Shown: positions 8,761 to 18,409, counted from the first letter of the stretch. The stretch is DNA of 64,000 nt from Gammaproteobacteria bacterium (GCA_021647505.1 JAKIUN010000004.1:18210-82209), one strand, 5' to 3'. The notes: generated by a model not told the origin, from the sequence alone. Made by a program: numbers and translations.

Positions 8761-10100
8761 TCGCACGCCGTTACCGGCGATCAATCTAGCGGGTTCAAGT
8801 CCCGTCCGGGGAATTGCTCATTCACCCCGGTAGTACTGCGGAGCAGTAGCTGAGTAATCAGTTGCTGTAAGTTCCGCGAAGGCAAAGCTGCAGGCCGCAA
8901 CGCAAGTGAATCTGTTTAGCCTCGTTAACTTATTGGGGATGTTGACTCTCTGACTTGAAGGGGAAAACTGACATTACCGGCTTGACAATGAGTGGTTCCG
9001 GTAAATCCTCCGGGGTTACAGGAGTGGCATGTAGCGGAAGATTGGTTGTGCAGGGCGGGAGATCCAGTACGGAGGTGTTTGCAGCACCAACGGATTGATA
9101 TAAGCCTTAACCGGTGAAATTGAATCCGGCTGTACTGGAAGTCTGAGGGGTTCATAGTACCGATTGAGGATGAGCGACAACAAAACGACATCCGAGGAAA
9201 GGAACCCTGCTTTGTTCACGCTTGCCAAAGAGCAAAAGGCGGAGATGATTGCCAATGCTAGAAACATCTGGATTCTCGGAAGAGACCGTCAGGGCGCTCC
9301 AGAGGAAGCTATACCTCAAAGCCAAGCACCAAACCACCTTTCGGTTTTACAGTCTTTATGACAAGGTCTATCGGAGCGATGTGCTGCAACTTGCTTATGA
9401 TCGTGTCAGACAAAACAAAGGTAGTCCCGGCATAGATGGAGAAACCTTTGAGTCAATAGAGGCAGGAACAGGAAGGCGTGCTTATTTACAGGAGATACAG
9501 GAAACATTAGAAGCAAAAACCTACCGGGCGATGCCTGTAAAACGGGTGGAGATACCCAAATCGAACGGGGAAACTCGACCGTTAGGCATTCCCTGCGTCA
9601 AGGATCGAATCATACAGATGGCTGTAAAGCTGGTGATCGAGCCGATCTTTGAGGCAGACTTCAGCCCCCATTCCTATGGTTTTCGACCCAAGCGATCAGC
9701 CCATCAGGCGATGGACGACATCAAGGCTGGCCTGCTGTCTGGTCATACCCAGGTGATCGATGCGGATCTAAGCAAATACTTTGATAGGATCCCACATGAC
9801 AAGCTGCTTCGAACGGTTGCGGAACGGATCGCTGACGGTCCGTTGCTCAGCTTGTTGAAACAGTGGTTGAAAGTGCGGATCATCAAAGTTGCCAATGGGA
9901 AAGAAAAGATCGTAGGTGGTGGTAAGAGGGCTCGAAGGGGAACCCCTCAAGGGGGGGTGATCTCTCCACTGCTGGCCAACATCTATCTCAACATCCTTGA
10001 CCGGATATGGGACAGAAATCGGCTGTCGGAAAAGCACAAAGCTCGCCTTGTCCGCTACGCGGACGACATGGTGATCCTGTGCGCCAGAGAGACCACCCTA
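8761..10100 (+). mobile_element. Group II intron, 5' part (domains I-III and part of the IEP), 3' end lost
   Basis: About 490-nt structured leader (GCGGGTTCAAGTCCCGTC, AGCAGTAGCTGAGTAATCAGTTGCT, GGAAGTCTGAGGGGTTCATAGTACCG, GAGGAAAGGAACCCTGCTT) ahead of the RT ORF; no DV/DVI after the IS insertion. Confidence 0.85.
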
Positions 10101-10118
10101 GGAATAGGATTTAAATAA
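9255..10118 (+). pseudogene. ltrA: Group II intron reverse transcriptase/maturase, truncated just after YADD
   Basis: LQRKLYLKAK..FRFYSLYDKVYR, NKGSPGIDG, RPLGIP..DRIIQ, SYGFRPKRS, DADLSKYFD, GTPQGGVISPLLANIYL, RYADD. The last codons (LGIGFK) come from the IS end; no thumb/maturase domain. Confidence 0.92.
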
Positions 10119-11411
10119 CTTACAAAACTGGTAAAAATCTATAATTCCAATGGCCTAAAAATTTATCACTAATTGCCATCGATTTGATTTTTTGTTTTTC
10201 TTCTTTAGAAAATTTCTTCCCAATGGGATAAAACTTATCAATGATGTGAACGACCACTTTCAGACCCGTTTTTGTTTTCGTTCTTCCAATCAGTGTTTTT
10301 ACTAGCTCTACACTTTTTAAAATTACACCTTGTAAGGCGCGGGTTACATGAGGGAAAAGACGATGCTCAATTGGGTTCCATTTCGATGTATATGCTGGAT
10401 AATGAGCGATACGAATTTCTATATCTAATTTGTTGCTTAACTCCTGTACCGCTTTTTTGAATACGTAATGGCGATAACCGTTGCTTCCGCCGCAATCTGC
10501 GAGTATTAACAGGGAGGTGGCTTTTGGATAATCATGACGACCTCGATAGTTCCACCATCGGTTTAGCGAGTCACGAGCAAATTCACTGGTATCATGGCTG
10601 GTGCCGAGATTAATAAACGCGGTATTTTTTTGAATGTCATATATTCCATGGGGAATTATGCTGCCCTCGGATAAATAGGGGAAATCGTGGTCATAGACAT
10701 CAATGACTTCTTTCGTATAAAGATGGCCATCACGGTACAAATTGCCGATTAGCTCCTTTTTTTTAGTATCAATGCTCACAACAGGATTTCCTGCTTTTTC
10801 GTAGTTTTCCTTCAGAGTCGCTATCTTCTCAAATTGCTCATTACGATTTTCACTTACTCCTAAGGCAATATTTTTTTGTGCCTTGCGCTTTACGAAACCA
10901 TGTTTTTTAAGTAATTGCTTAACAATAGGCTTGCTGATACTAAGCCCTTCTGCATTCATTGCCTCAATAATTTCTCTAAAACTTAAATGAGTCCACTTTA
11001 TATCCGCATTCATGGGATCACCTGCTGTAAAATCTGTTAAGACTTTAAGAAAAAGATCATCTATGCCGCAAACGGTTTCAATTAATTTTTTTCTACCTCC
11101 GCCCGGAAGTCGAACACTATCAGCGGAAGGCACGATTTTTTTATAAAGCTCATAAATTCCCCTCTCTATGGTTCGAAAGTTACATCCAAATAAGCGCCCA
11201 ATATAACTTCTCCCACCATAAGGAAGTTTCAGCGCTTCAATTGCAGCATAGCGACGCTTGTCTTTCTCAGATAAAGTATCGAAAAACTTTATCATTTTAT
11301 ATTCAGTTTCAATATTGTAAGGTGATAACACTCATCAGTTCCATTTTATAAAAATAGAACTGATGATAACTAAACGTAAAGAACTTGTGTATATTATTTA
11401 AATTTCATTCC
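10101..11411 (-). mobile_element. ISAzo13-family insertion sequence
   Basis: Imperfect TIRs GGAATAGGATTTAAATAA (10101-10118) and TTATTTAAATTTCATTCC (11394-11411); strongly AT-rich relative to the host. Confidence 0.88.
10120..11331 (-). CDS. ISAzo13-family transposase (intact ORF)
   Basis: LSEKDKRRYAAIEA, AGDPM..KWT, SIDTKKKELIGN, DHDF, HDTSEFA, ADCGGSNG, TSKWNPIEHRLF, WNYRF. Confidence 0.93.
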   Translation of the reverse strand: MLSPYNIETEYKMIKFFDTLSEKDKRRYAAIEALKLPYGGRSYIGRLFGCNFRTIERGIYELYKKIVPSADSVRLPGGGRKKLIETVCGIDDLFLKVLTDFTAGDPMNADIKWTHLSFREIIEAMNAEGLSISKPIVKQLLKKHGFVKRKAQKNIALGVSENRNEQFEKIATLKENYEKAGNPVVSIDTKKKELIGNLYRDGHLYTKEVIDVYDHDFPYLSEGSIIPHGIYDIQKNTAFINLGTSHDTSEFARDSLNRWWNYRGRHDYPKATSLLILADCGGSNGYRHYVFKKAVQELSNKLDIEIRIAHYPAYTSKWNPIEHRLFPHVTRALQGVILKSVELVKTLIGRTKTKTGLKVVVHIIDKFYPIGKKFSKEEKQKIKSMAISDKFLGHWNYRFLPVL

Positions 11412-11561
11412 TTACTAAAAAAACAGGGTACTCCAATTGGAAATAATGATCTCTTAATTGCTTCTCATGCTCGATGCATGAATGCTGTATTGGTTACAAA
11501 CAATATTCGTGAATTTAACAGAGTACCTGATCTTTCTTTAGAAAATTGGGTAGCTGAATAA
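11412..11561 (+). pseudogene. vapC: C-terminal fragment of a VapC (PIN) toxin
   Basis: Hand translation LLKKQGTPIGNNDLLIASHARCMNAVLVTNNIREFNRVPDLSLENWVAE*; begins exactly at the IS right end. Confidence 0.88.
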
Positions 11562-11652
11562 CTACCAAAAAAATATAAAGCAAAAGGTAGAGTACAGGCT
11601 TACCGCCCCGTAGATCAAACCTATTCTGTTGCCGCCCCTTTCACATCAAGCA

Positions 11653-12011
11653 TCAAGGGGTCAGGTCTTGCCTTTTGCCCGGCTCTTCCCCTACCAATAT
11701 CGCCTTGTAGCGGCCTTGAAATACATGGCCCGTTCGTTTGTGGATACGATTGAAGCGTTGGGTGTAAACGCCATTGAGCTGGCGCATTCCCAACGATAGA
11801 TTTGCATCCGGTGTCTCCACCAGCAGGTGGTAGTGGTTTGTCATCAGACAGTAAGTATGCAGTACCCAATTGAATCGTCGACAAATATCAGTAAGAACCG
11901 TTAGGAATTCTTTCCTATCCTCATCGTCAAGATAGATATCATCACGCCCATCACCTCTGGAGGTCACATGGTAAGCGCTCCGTGATATTCAATTCTCAGC
12001 GGTCTTGACAT
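11653..12011 (-). pseudogene. REP-associated tyrosine (HUH/Y1) transposase, frameshifted and 3'-truncated
   Basis: ATG 12011 gives MSRPLRIEYHGA; after a 1-bp frameshift, YHVTSRG...YCLMTNHYHLL...RTGHVFQGRYKAILV; cut by the GGGGTCAGGTCTTG motif. Confidence 0.88.
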
Positions 12012-12056
12012 GCTCACAGCTTAGTCCAGATATAGCAAAAAACAAGACCTGACCCC
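11657..12056. repeat. Perfect 14-bp inverted motif pair enclosing the RAYT fragment
   Basis: GGGGTCAGGTCTTG (11657-11670) and CAAGACCTGACCCC (12043-12056); related motifs at 8751-8762, 12232-12245 and 12329-12342. Confidence 0.85.
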
Positions 12057-12064
12057 ATGCTCTG

Positions 12065-12229
12065 GCCTTATTCCGGTCAGAGCTTGATACCGAGGCAATC
12101 AGCAACATCCGCATTGCCTTGAGTCAGGGGCAGCCGCTTGGAAGCGCTCGATTTATCGACAGTATCGAGCGGATTACCGGACAGCGTAGGGAATTCAAAC
12201 CCCGTGGCCGTCCGAGAAAACCTGGATAA
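12065..12229 (+). pseudogene. C-terminal fragment of a second RAYT-type transposase
   Basis: Hand translation ALFRSELDTEAISNIRIALSQGQPLGSARFIDSIERITGQRREFKPRGRPRKPG*, with the typical GxPLGxxxF...RGRPRK tail. Confidence 0.7.
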
Positions 12230-12497
12230 ATTCGAGCCTGGCCCCTTATACCTGCTATGATTTGTTGCAGGAGCGAAAACCTAAAAAAGCATATGGATAT
12301 TTACGCTCAAAACCGGACGCACATAAATGGGGTTAAGTCTTGCAATGCAGCATAAAAATATTATTGAGAAATTCTTATGTGGACAAGTAGGCACGTTTCT
12401 TCTATCCATGCAGAAGGTTGTTCAATGGGATTGCAATGAACCTCTCCTCGTTAGGTTTTCAGATTTAGAGAGATTCCTATAAAATCAGGAGAATTTT

Positions 12498-12865
12498 ATG
12501 AAAATTCAGAAATTGGTTACCATAAGGTTATCGAGGCGAATGGTGCGATTGTTAACGGCCGTTCTGAAAAAATACAAGGTGCGCATGCCAAGGGGGTAAA
12601 CCAGGGATCACTCGGTATTTGTGTTGTTGGTAATTTCGAAGAGGAAACACCTTCGCAAGCACAAATAGATAGTCTTGTGTCGGTTCTGGCCGGCTGGTGC
12701 AAGGTGTATGACTTAAAAGGCAAAAATGTATATGGGCATTTCAATGTCCCCGGTGGAAGTACAGCCACAAGCTGCCCCGGAAAGAATCTTAAGTCGCAGC
12801 TTGTAGTCATTAAACAAAAAGTAGATCAAAAATTGAAACAGCCCGGTACCAGGACAGGAACATGA
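12498..12865 (+). pseudogene. N-acetylmuramoyl-L-alanine amidase (Amidase_2/PGRP-like), N-terminal part deleted and out of frame
   Basis: GGAG RBS and ATG (MKIQK) in one frame; another frame reads SEIGYHKVI..GRSE...GAHAKGVNQGSLGICVVGNF...YGHFNV...TSCPG with no start codon and no first Zn-ligand His. Confidence 0.8.
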
Positions 12866-13308
12866 AATCACTGCTTTTGATTCTGCTTGTTGCAATGACT
12901 GTGTCGTGCGCTACGATTACTGATGATAAATTTGAAAAAAGGCCAAGTGGGGAGGTCTTGTCTTGGAAAAAAACAGATTTTTCAAAGCTTAATGACAAGA
13001 TTTCGAAAGCCTCTAGTAGCCATCAAGACTGGGTAAATAATATTCAGTTATATGTATTTCATCTATTCGACTTGTCTGGTTTAAAGAAAGTTGTGTATGA
13101 ATCTGAGTTTGACAATATAGAGAACCCGACGGAGGCAACGGTCACTTTGGTTAGGGATGGTTTCCTGGATGATTCTGTGCGTGGGGATGTTCACAGGATT
13201 TCGTTTCATAGGACTACGGGCGGGGCATGGAAAGTTGTCGATCTCAAAAAGTCGCAGAGATGCTGGCGTGCAGATTTAGATGAGTATAGCTCCGATCTTT
13301 GTCCCTGA
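12862..13308 (+). CDS. Lipoprotein of unknown function, candidate amidase immunity protein
   Basis: Lipobox TVSC; ATGA overlap with the amidase stop; DDSVRG motif and a C-terminal Cys pair. Confidence 0.7.
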   Translation: MKSLLLILLVAMTVSCATITDDKFEKRPSGEVLSWKKTDFSKLNDKISKASSSHQDWVNNIQLYVFHLFDLSGLKKVVYESEFDNIENPTEATVTLVRDGFLDDSVRGDVHRISFHRTTGGAWKVVDLKKSQRCWRADLDEYSSDLCP

Positions 13309-13322
13309 TATAAGACAAAGGT

Positions 13323-14066
13323 TTATGCAAACGCATCCTTTATCCGTATAACAGAAGCGGTGATATTGTCCCTGGCCTGATTTTCAAGGGCCAGCGCTAA
13401 TACTTGCTTGGCACTATCCGTGCAGTCGTCCATAGCCATGCCCTGGATAATTTGCTCATCGGTGACTTCACGGTAAAGCCCGTCACTGCAAAGCAGGTAT
13501 ACATCATCACGACACAATGTGGCAATTTTGCAATCAACTTCCAGTTCATCTTCTGCACCAACCGCGCGGGTCAATACATTGGCGATTTCGCTTTCCTCCG
13601 CTTCATTGGGAGGTAGCAGGCCCTGATCGATGTAGTCTTCGACCATGCTGTGGTCTTTGGTAACTCTTTCCAGCTTGCCATTGCGCAGGCGATAGATGCG
13701 GCTGTCCCCCACCCAGATAAAGGCGCACTGATTGCCAAAGGCTGCCATGGCGACCACGGTGCTGCCGATGGTGCGGTCATGGTAGCGTTGACTGGCCATC
13801 TCTCTGAGTTGCCGGTTTGATTCTGTCAGGCGTGCTTTGACTTCGGCTATAAATCCGTGAAGATCCGAAGGCTCTCTGATGTTTCTCAGTTGCTCGACAA
13901 TGAGTTGGCTGGCGATATCTCCGGCCTCATGGCCGCCCATGCCATCGGCTACGGCCCAAAGCCCCAGCTCGGGCAGATCGAGGCAGGCGTCTTCGTTTAT
14001 TTTGCGGACTTTGCCCGGATGGGTTTCGCAGGCTGAGGACCAAACAAGCAAGGTGTCATTGCTCAT
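13323..14066 (-). CDS. pppA: T6SS PP2C Ser/Thr phosphatase (PppA/TagG)
   Basis: RKINEDA, VADGMGGH, WVGDSRIY, LLCSDGL, DNIT; follows tagF. Confidence 0.88.
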   Translation of the reverse strand: MSNDTLLVWSSACETHPGKVRKINEDACLDLPELGLWAVADGMGGHEAGDIASQLIVEQLRNIREPSDLHGFIAEVKARLTESNRQLREMASQRYHDRTIGSTVVAMAAFGNQCAFIWVGDSRIYRLRNGKLERVTKDHSMVEDYIDQGLLPPNEAEESEIANVLTRAVGAEDELEVDCKIATLCRDDVYLLCSDGLYREVTDEQIIQGMAMDDCTDSAKQVLALALENQARDNITASVIRIKDAFA

Positions 14067-14856
14067 GTGCTTTCCTTTTTACCCCGGTGTTTTGCTGTGC
14101 TGTCCCGTTTTTATTCTTGGCCAAATTCAAAGGGTTGTTCCATCCCCGTGTTTGCCACTGACCATCAAGCAGGGCGGAAAAGGATTCCGCTGAGGGTAGG
14201 CCTTTGCAGATCAGCAAAGAAGGTTCGATGTGCTCGGAACCATTTGTCCACCAGGCGCTGAAGTGGCTGAGACGCTCGTAGAGAAGCTGTTCCAACAGCG
14301 TGATGAGGCTTCGGCTAATGGAAGTAGTTGCGCCACTCGATAAATGCCAGTGGCCATTATTGCTCGGGTCGGTCTTGCTGTTTTTTTGTAGTGGTGAGTC
14401 GCCAGGGTGCATCAGGCCAGGTGGCGGGCCAAGTTCATCTAATGATCGATTTAATTCTTCCAGTTGTCTGTCTGGGTCAAGCGCTGTCAGGGCCAGCGTT
14501 TCCGCCTGGTTGAACCATTCGTCTTCATTGCCGGCAATCGTGAGCAGGTGGTTTGATGTGCCTAAGGGCAGGGCGAGACTAAAGGGGAAATATCGGCCAA
14601 CACGGTCGACGCTGGGGATCAAAATGCCGGCCCATGCCTGTTCATCACATACCCCACTGCTGATAACAAAACGCCAGATCGGACAGGTAAGATAGAAATC
14701 GAGCCACTGTTCTCCCAGCTGTGTCTTACTGGCCGCGATGCCGAATTGTAACCACTGATCCCAAGGCTCTACGAATGACCCAGGCAGGCGGCGTGTAATA
14801 AAATCGCCCTTACTCGGGATTTTTCCGTAGTAGCCTGGGTGGGTTTGTCTGGCCAC
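14056..14856 (-). CDS. tagF: T6SS-associated protein TagF
   Basis: GYYGKIPSKGDFI...PSVDRVGRYFPF...SAWWT. Confidence 0.93.
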   Translation of the reverse strand: MARQTHPGYYGKIPSKGDFITRRLPGSFVEPWDQWLQFGIAASKTQLGEQWLDFYLTCPIWRFVISSGVCDEQAWAGILIPSVDRVGRYFPFSLALPLGTSNHLLTIAGNEDEWFNQAETLALTALDPDRQLEELNRSLDELGPPPGLMHPGDSPLQKNSKTDPSNNGHWHLSSGATTSISRSLITLLEQLLYERLSHFSAWWTNGSEHIEPSLLICKGLPSAESFSALLDGQWQTRGWNNPLNLAKNKNGTAQQNTGVKRKAHEQ

Positions 14857-17800
14857 TAGAGTCGCTCCGGGCTACGGAAACGGGTGAAATCGTTCGATGA
14901 AAAAGGGTTGGTTACGCTGCCGGCCTGGAGCTGATAGCTTGCCTTCAGGCCGGCAGTGGTAAAGTGGATAATGACTTGGTCATTGCTGCGCCGTTCGATG
15001 TCGGAGGCATCCAGCAGCTTGAACCAAGCCCAGGGCCCATCCTTGGTGATGCTGAAGCTGCCGGCGCCAATGCGTTCAAAGATGATGCGGGCGCGGTTGT
15101 TGTTGTCTGGGCCGGGCCATTCAATGGCCGAGGTGCGGGGTGGGCCGTGTTGATAGCTCAGGCGCTTGTCGGTGAGATCAATAAGGAATCGTTTGACGCT
15201 GGCATCAAGATACATGGGCTTCAGATTGAAGTGCACGGAAACTTGATTGCCGCCGTCCTGGAAAAACATTTCCCTGACCTGGGTGGCGCGCTTGAGTTGG
15301 GCAAGGGCCTTGCTGCTCAAACCCAGGCTGCGCTCATCGACCACACGCAGTCGCCAGCGGCGGGTATCAACAAAAGGGGTCAGATAGGTTTTGGTAAAGT
15401 TATCGATGCTACCCGATTCACCAAAGAAATTGCCAAAATCGGCCAGTGCCGTTTGTTGTTGTCCCTTGGTGAATATCGGGTAGCGATTTTCAATGCTGGC
15501 ACGGTATTCGCGCAAGACGCTGCTGCGCCAGACGGTGTTGATATGGGCGCGTGCACTGCCGAGTACGGTGCCCCAGCTCTGGGTTGCTGCGGACTTGACG
15601 ATACCTGCCACTGGCTTGGGCAGCTTGCGTGCGGTGGTGCGCAGTTCACGGATGGCATCCTTTTTGTTTTGGCTCATACGCGCTTTGGCGGCTTCGAAGG
15701 CGGCCTCTGACCGGTCTGAGGAGTCTGAGATTTCAGCCGTGTAGTCGTATAGGTCGCGGAGCTGGCTGCGAATAGTGTCGATGCCGGAAGGTTTGTCATC
15801 CTGGCTTTGCAGCAGTTGGTGCAGCGGTGCGTAGGTACGCTCGACGGCATTGCCGGGTTTACTGAGATCCTGAGTGACATCGAAATGGCCCAGAATGCCT
15901 TTTAGTTTGGCCCCCTCCAGGATGGTCTGTTCAGAGATCGCCTTGATAAATAACTCCAAGGGTGAATCCCGTCCTGAGAGTGTTTCGAGTGTCTCGGCCG
16001 CGTGGTTGAGGTTACGGATGTTGGTGAGTTCAATGTTGGCCAGAAACTCATCCCAGTGATCGACGTAGTCATCGAAGTACTGGTTGCGTACATGACGCAG
16101 CAGTGCCTCGGGGTCGGCCGTGGCAAGCTCATCCTGTTTGTCTGCACAGATGCGGCGGTTTTCCGCGATGGTCAGCCTGGCGGTATTGATACCTTCCGCA
16201 TCGAGGATCTCATGGTGGCCAGTGAAGGTGTAAAAGCCGGGGACGCTTATTTTTTTATCACCCTTGCTGACAAGAATTTTCGTGACTTGTTTGCCCAGGC
16301 GGGTGAAGTCGTAGTCGTCGATGTTTGCGCTGGCCTGCTGCTTGAGTCGGGCGTAGATTTGGTGCGTAAGTGGGAGTTCGCAGACGACCCGCTGTGCTCT
16401 GGCAATCAACCGTTGATTCGGTGTCTGTGGTGGCAGCTGGGTGAGCAGCAATGCGTCCAGGTGGCCAAGCAAACGATCACGGATTTCAGTTTGCTCGTTC
16501 AGTTGCTGTTCCCAACCCACTTTTACCCAGGGACGGAAGGTTTTGGCATCCAGGGTATCTGGGCTGATAAGCATCATGTAGATGCTCAGTAGCTGGCGTA
16601 GTTCTTCCGGGTCTCTGCGTTCCCCGCCCATTTCTCCTTCAAGGCGGGTCTTGATGTTCGGAATCAGGAACTGTTGTAGCGCCCTCTCATAGGCGCGCTC
16701 GGCGGCATCACCAAGTTTGTAGCCCTGATACAAGCCCATGCCCATAAACCAGGGCGTCTTGCTGCCTGCGTTGTAAACCAGGGTGATTTCCTTGGCCGCC
16801 TGAAGTGTTTGCAGGATAGCGCGCGGGTCAGGCCGGGGGGGAAGGCTGCTGGCAATCTGCTGGTAGTTTTCAACACTGGCCTCGATCCTGTCCATCCAGA
16901 GTTCATTGCGGGTAAAACTGGTGGCCCAGGAAGAAATGACCACTACGGTCAGGATGAGTGCACTGGCATAGGCGCCGCGCTGTAACCAGAGGCGTTGGCG
17001 TTCATAGCGGATATTGGTACCGGCCAACTCGGTCTCTTGAAACAGGATGTCACGAAAAAAACGGTTAATAAAATAACTGCGAGGCCTGCCCCGGTAGGCC
17101 GGCAATGCTTGTAGACTCAGCCCGAAAGTACCCGCCAGGACATTCATTACCCGGTCGATGGGGCTGCCTTGCTGAGTACCGCTGGTGAAATAGACACCGC
17201 GCAGCCAGGGGTTGCTTTCGAAGCGGCTGGGGTTGAAGGTCTTTTGGATAAAGGATTCGAGCAGCGGTTTCAGCCCGGCCATTTGCTGGGAAAAACCATG
17301 AATCAGCCTGCGACGATTTTGGTCGCGTTCCTGGTAGATGCGCCACAATTCACGGGCATTGAGATTTTCCGACAGGGCGTCGAACTCCGTGGCGAACAGT
17401 GCGCCCAGATCGTGGCTCCGGCGTGAGTCATTCTGAGAAAAAGTGGTTCCCCAGACCTGGCCGCGTTCTTCGATGTTCAGGTCATCAAAGAATTCGGTGA
17501 ATCCTGCAAGCAGATCGATCTTGGTAACCAGGAAATAGACCGGCAGCTCGATGCCCAGTTGCGTGTAGAGTTCCTGAATCCGTTGGCGAATGGTTTGTGC
17601 GTGAAGTTCCCTTTCCTGTTCCGAGCTGGTTAACAGCTCTTCAGCACTGAGGGCAACAATAATGCCGTTGAGTGGGCGGCGTGGTCGGTGCTTGCGTAAT
17701 AGATCAAGAAATCCGAGCCAGGCGCCGCTGTCGGCGCCAGCATCGCTATCCTGAGTGGTATAGCGCCCGGCAGTATCCAGCAAAACGGCGTCATCGGTAA

Positions 17801-18335
17801 ACCACCAGTCACAGTTACGCGTACCGCCAATGCCGCTAACCTTTTTTTCATTCTGATAACGGGCGAGGGGAAATTCCAGGCCGGAATTTTCCAGTAGGGT
17901 TGTTTTACCACAGCCAGGCGGGCCGATGATGATGTACCACGGCAGGTCGTAGAGATATTGTTTGCCGAACAAACGATCTTTGAGGCTGGTTTGCTTTAAA
18001 TGTTGGGTGGCTTCTTCAAAGCGTTGTTTGAGGACAGCCACTTCCTCGGCGGAGACGTCGGTTGCTGTCTCCTGAGGAGGTTCCGGGGTGGCAACCAGTG
18101 TATCGATCATCTGGTCGTTTGCCTGGGTGGCCTTGATCCTGAGGCGGAAGTTGTTGGCGCCCCAAATAACGATAAGGATCAGGATGGCCAGCAGGCGGTT
18201 GAACGGGCTGGCGAGGGGCTTGCTTTCTGCAATACCCAGATAGGGGCCACCAAACCAGATCAGCACGACAAGGGCAATAATGCCAACAAGGCTGATAATC
18301 CATTTCTGGCTCAGGAATTGAAACAGTCTTTTCAT
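14856..18335 (-). CDS. tssM: T6SS membrane subunit TssM (IcmF)
   Basis: LPWYIIIGPPGCGKTT, GTRNCDWWF, DTAGRY, RGVYFTSGTQ, GPWAWFKL; 1159 aa. Confidence 0.97.
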   Translation of the reverse strand: MKRLFQFLSQKWIISLVGIIALVVLIWFGGPYLGIAESKPLASPFNRLLAILILIVIWGANNFRLRIKATQANDQMIDTLVATPEPPQETATDVSAEEVAVLKQRFEEATQHLKQTSLKDRLFGKQYLYDLPWYIIIGPPGCGKTTLLENSGLEFPLARYQNEKKVSGIGGTRNCDWWFTDDAVLLDTAGRYTTQDSDAGADSGAWLGFLDLLRKHRPRRPLNGIIVALSAEELLTSSEQERELHAQTIRQRIQELYTQLGIELPVYFLVTKIDLLAGFTEFFDDLNIEERGQVWGTTFSQNDSRRSHDLGALFATEFDALSENLNARELWRIYQERDQNRRRLIHGFSQQMAGLKPLLESFIQKTFNPSRFESNPWLRGVYFTSGTQQGSPIDRVMNVLAGTFGLSLQALPAYRGRPRSYFINRFFRDILFQETELAGTNIRYERQRLWLQRGAYASALILTVVVISSWATSFTRNELWMDRIEASVENYQQIASSLPPRPDPRAILQTLQAAKEITLVYNAGSKTPWFMGMGLYQGYKLGDAAERAYERALQQFLIPNIKTRLEGEMGGERRDPEELRQLLSIYMMLISPDTLDAKTFRPWVKVGWEQQLNEQTEIRDRLLGHLDALLLTQLPPQTPNQRLIARAQRVVCELPLTHQIYARLKQQASANIDDYDFTRLGKQVTKILVSKGDKKISVPGFYTFTGHHEILDAEGINTARLTIAENRRICADKQDELATADPEALLRHVRNQYFDDYVDHWDEFLANIELTNIRNLNHAAETLETLSGRDSPLELFIKAISEQTILEGAKLKGILGHFDVTQDLSKPGNAVERTYAPLHQLLQSQDDKPSGIDTIRSQLRDLYDYTAEISDSSDRSEAAFEAAKARMSQNKKDAIRELRTTARKLPKPVAGIVKSAATQSWGTVLGSARAHINTVWRSSVLREYRASIENRYPIFTKGQQQTALADFGNFFGESGSIDNFTKTYLTPFVDTRRWRLRVVDERSLGLSSKALAQLKRATQVREMFFQDGGNQVSVHFNLKPMYLDASVKRFLIDLTDKRLSYQHGPPRTSAIEWPGPDNNNRARIIFERIGAGSFSITKDGPWAWFKLLDASDIERRSNDQVIIHFTTAGLKASYQLQAGSVTNPFSSNDFTRFRSPERL

Positions 18336-18409
18336 ATTGCGGTCAGCGTTTTTCTGCGGATATATAAGGCATTTTCAGGTACATCACTCCAGTCCACCCG
18401 TGTACGATG

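Noticed and set aside
8785-8815. GGTTCAAGTCCC resembling a tRNA T-arm
   Set aside because: No cloverleaf; it is a hairpin of intron domain I.
9255-10118. RT as a retron, DGR or defence RT
   Set aside because: The motifs and upstream RNA are those of a group II intron; the short length is explained by the IS insertion.
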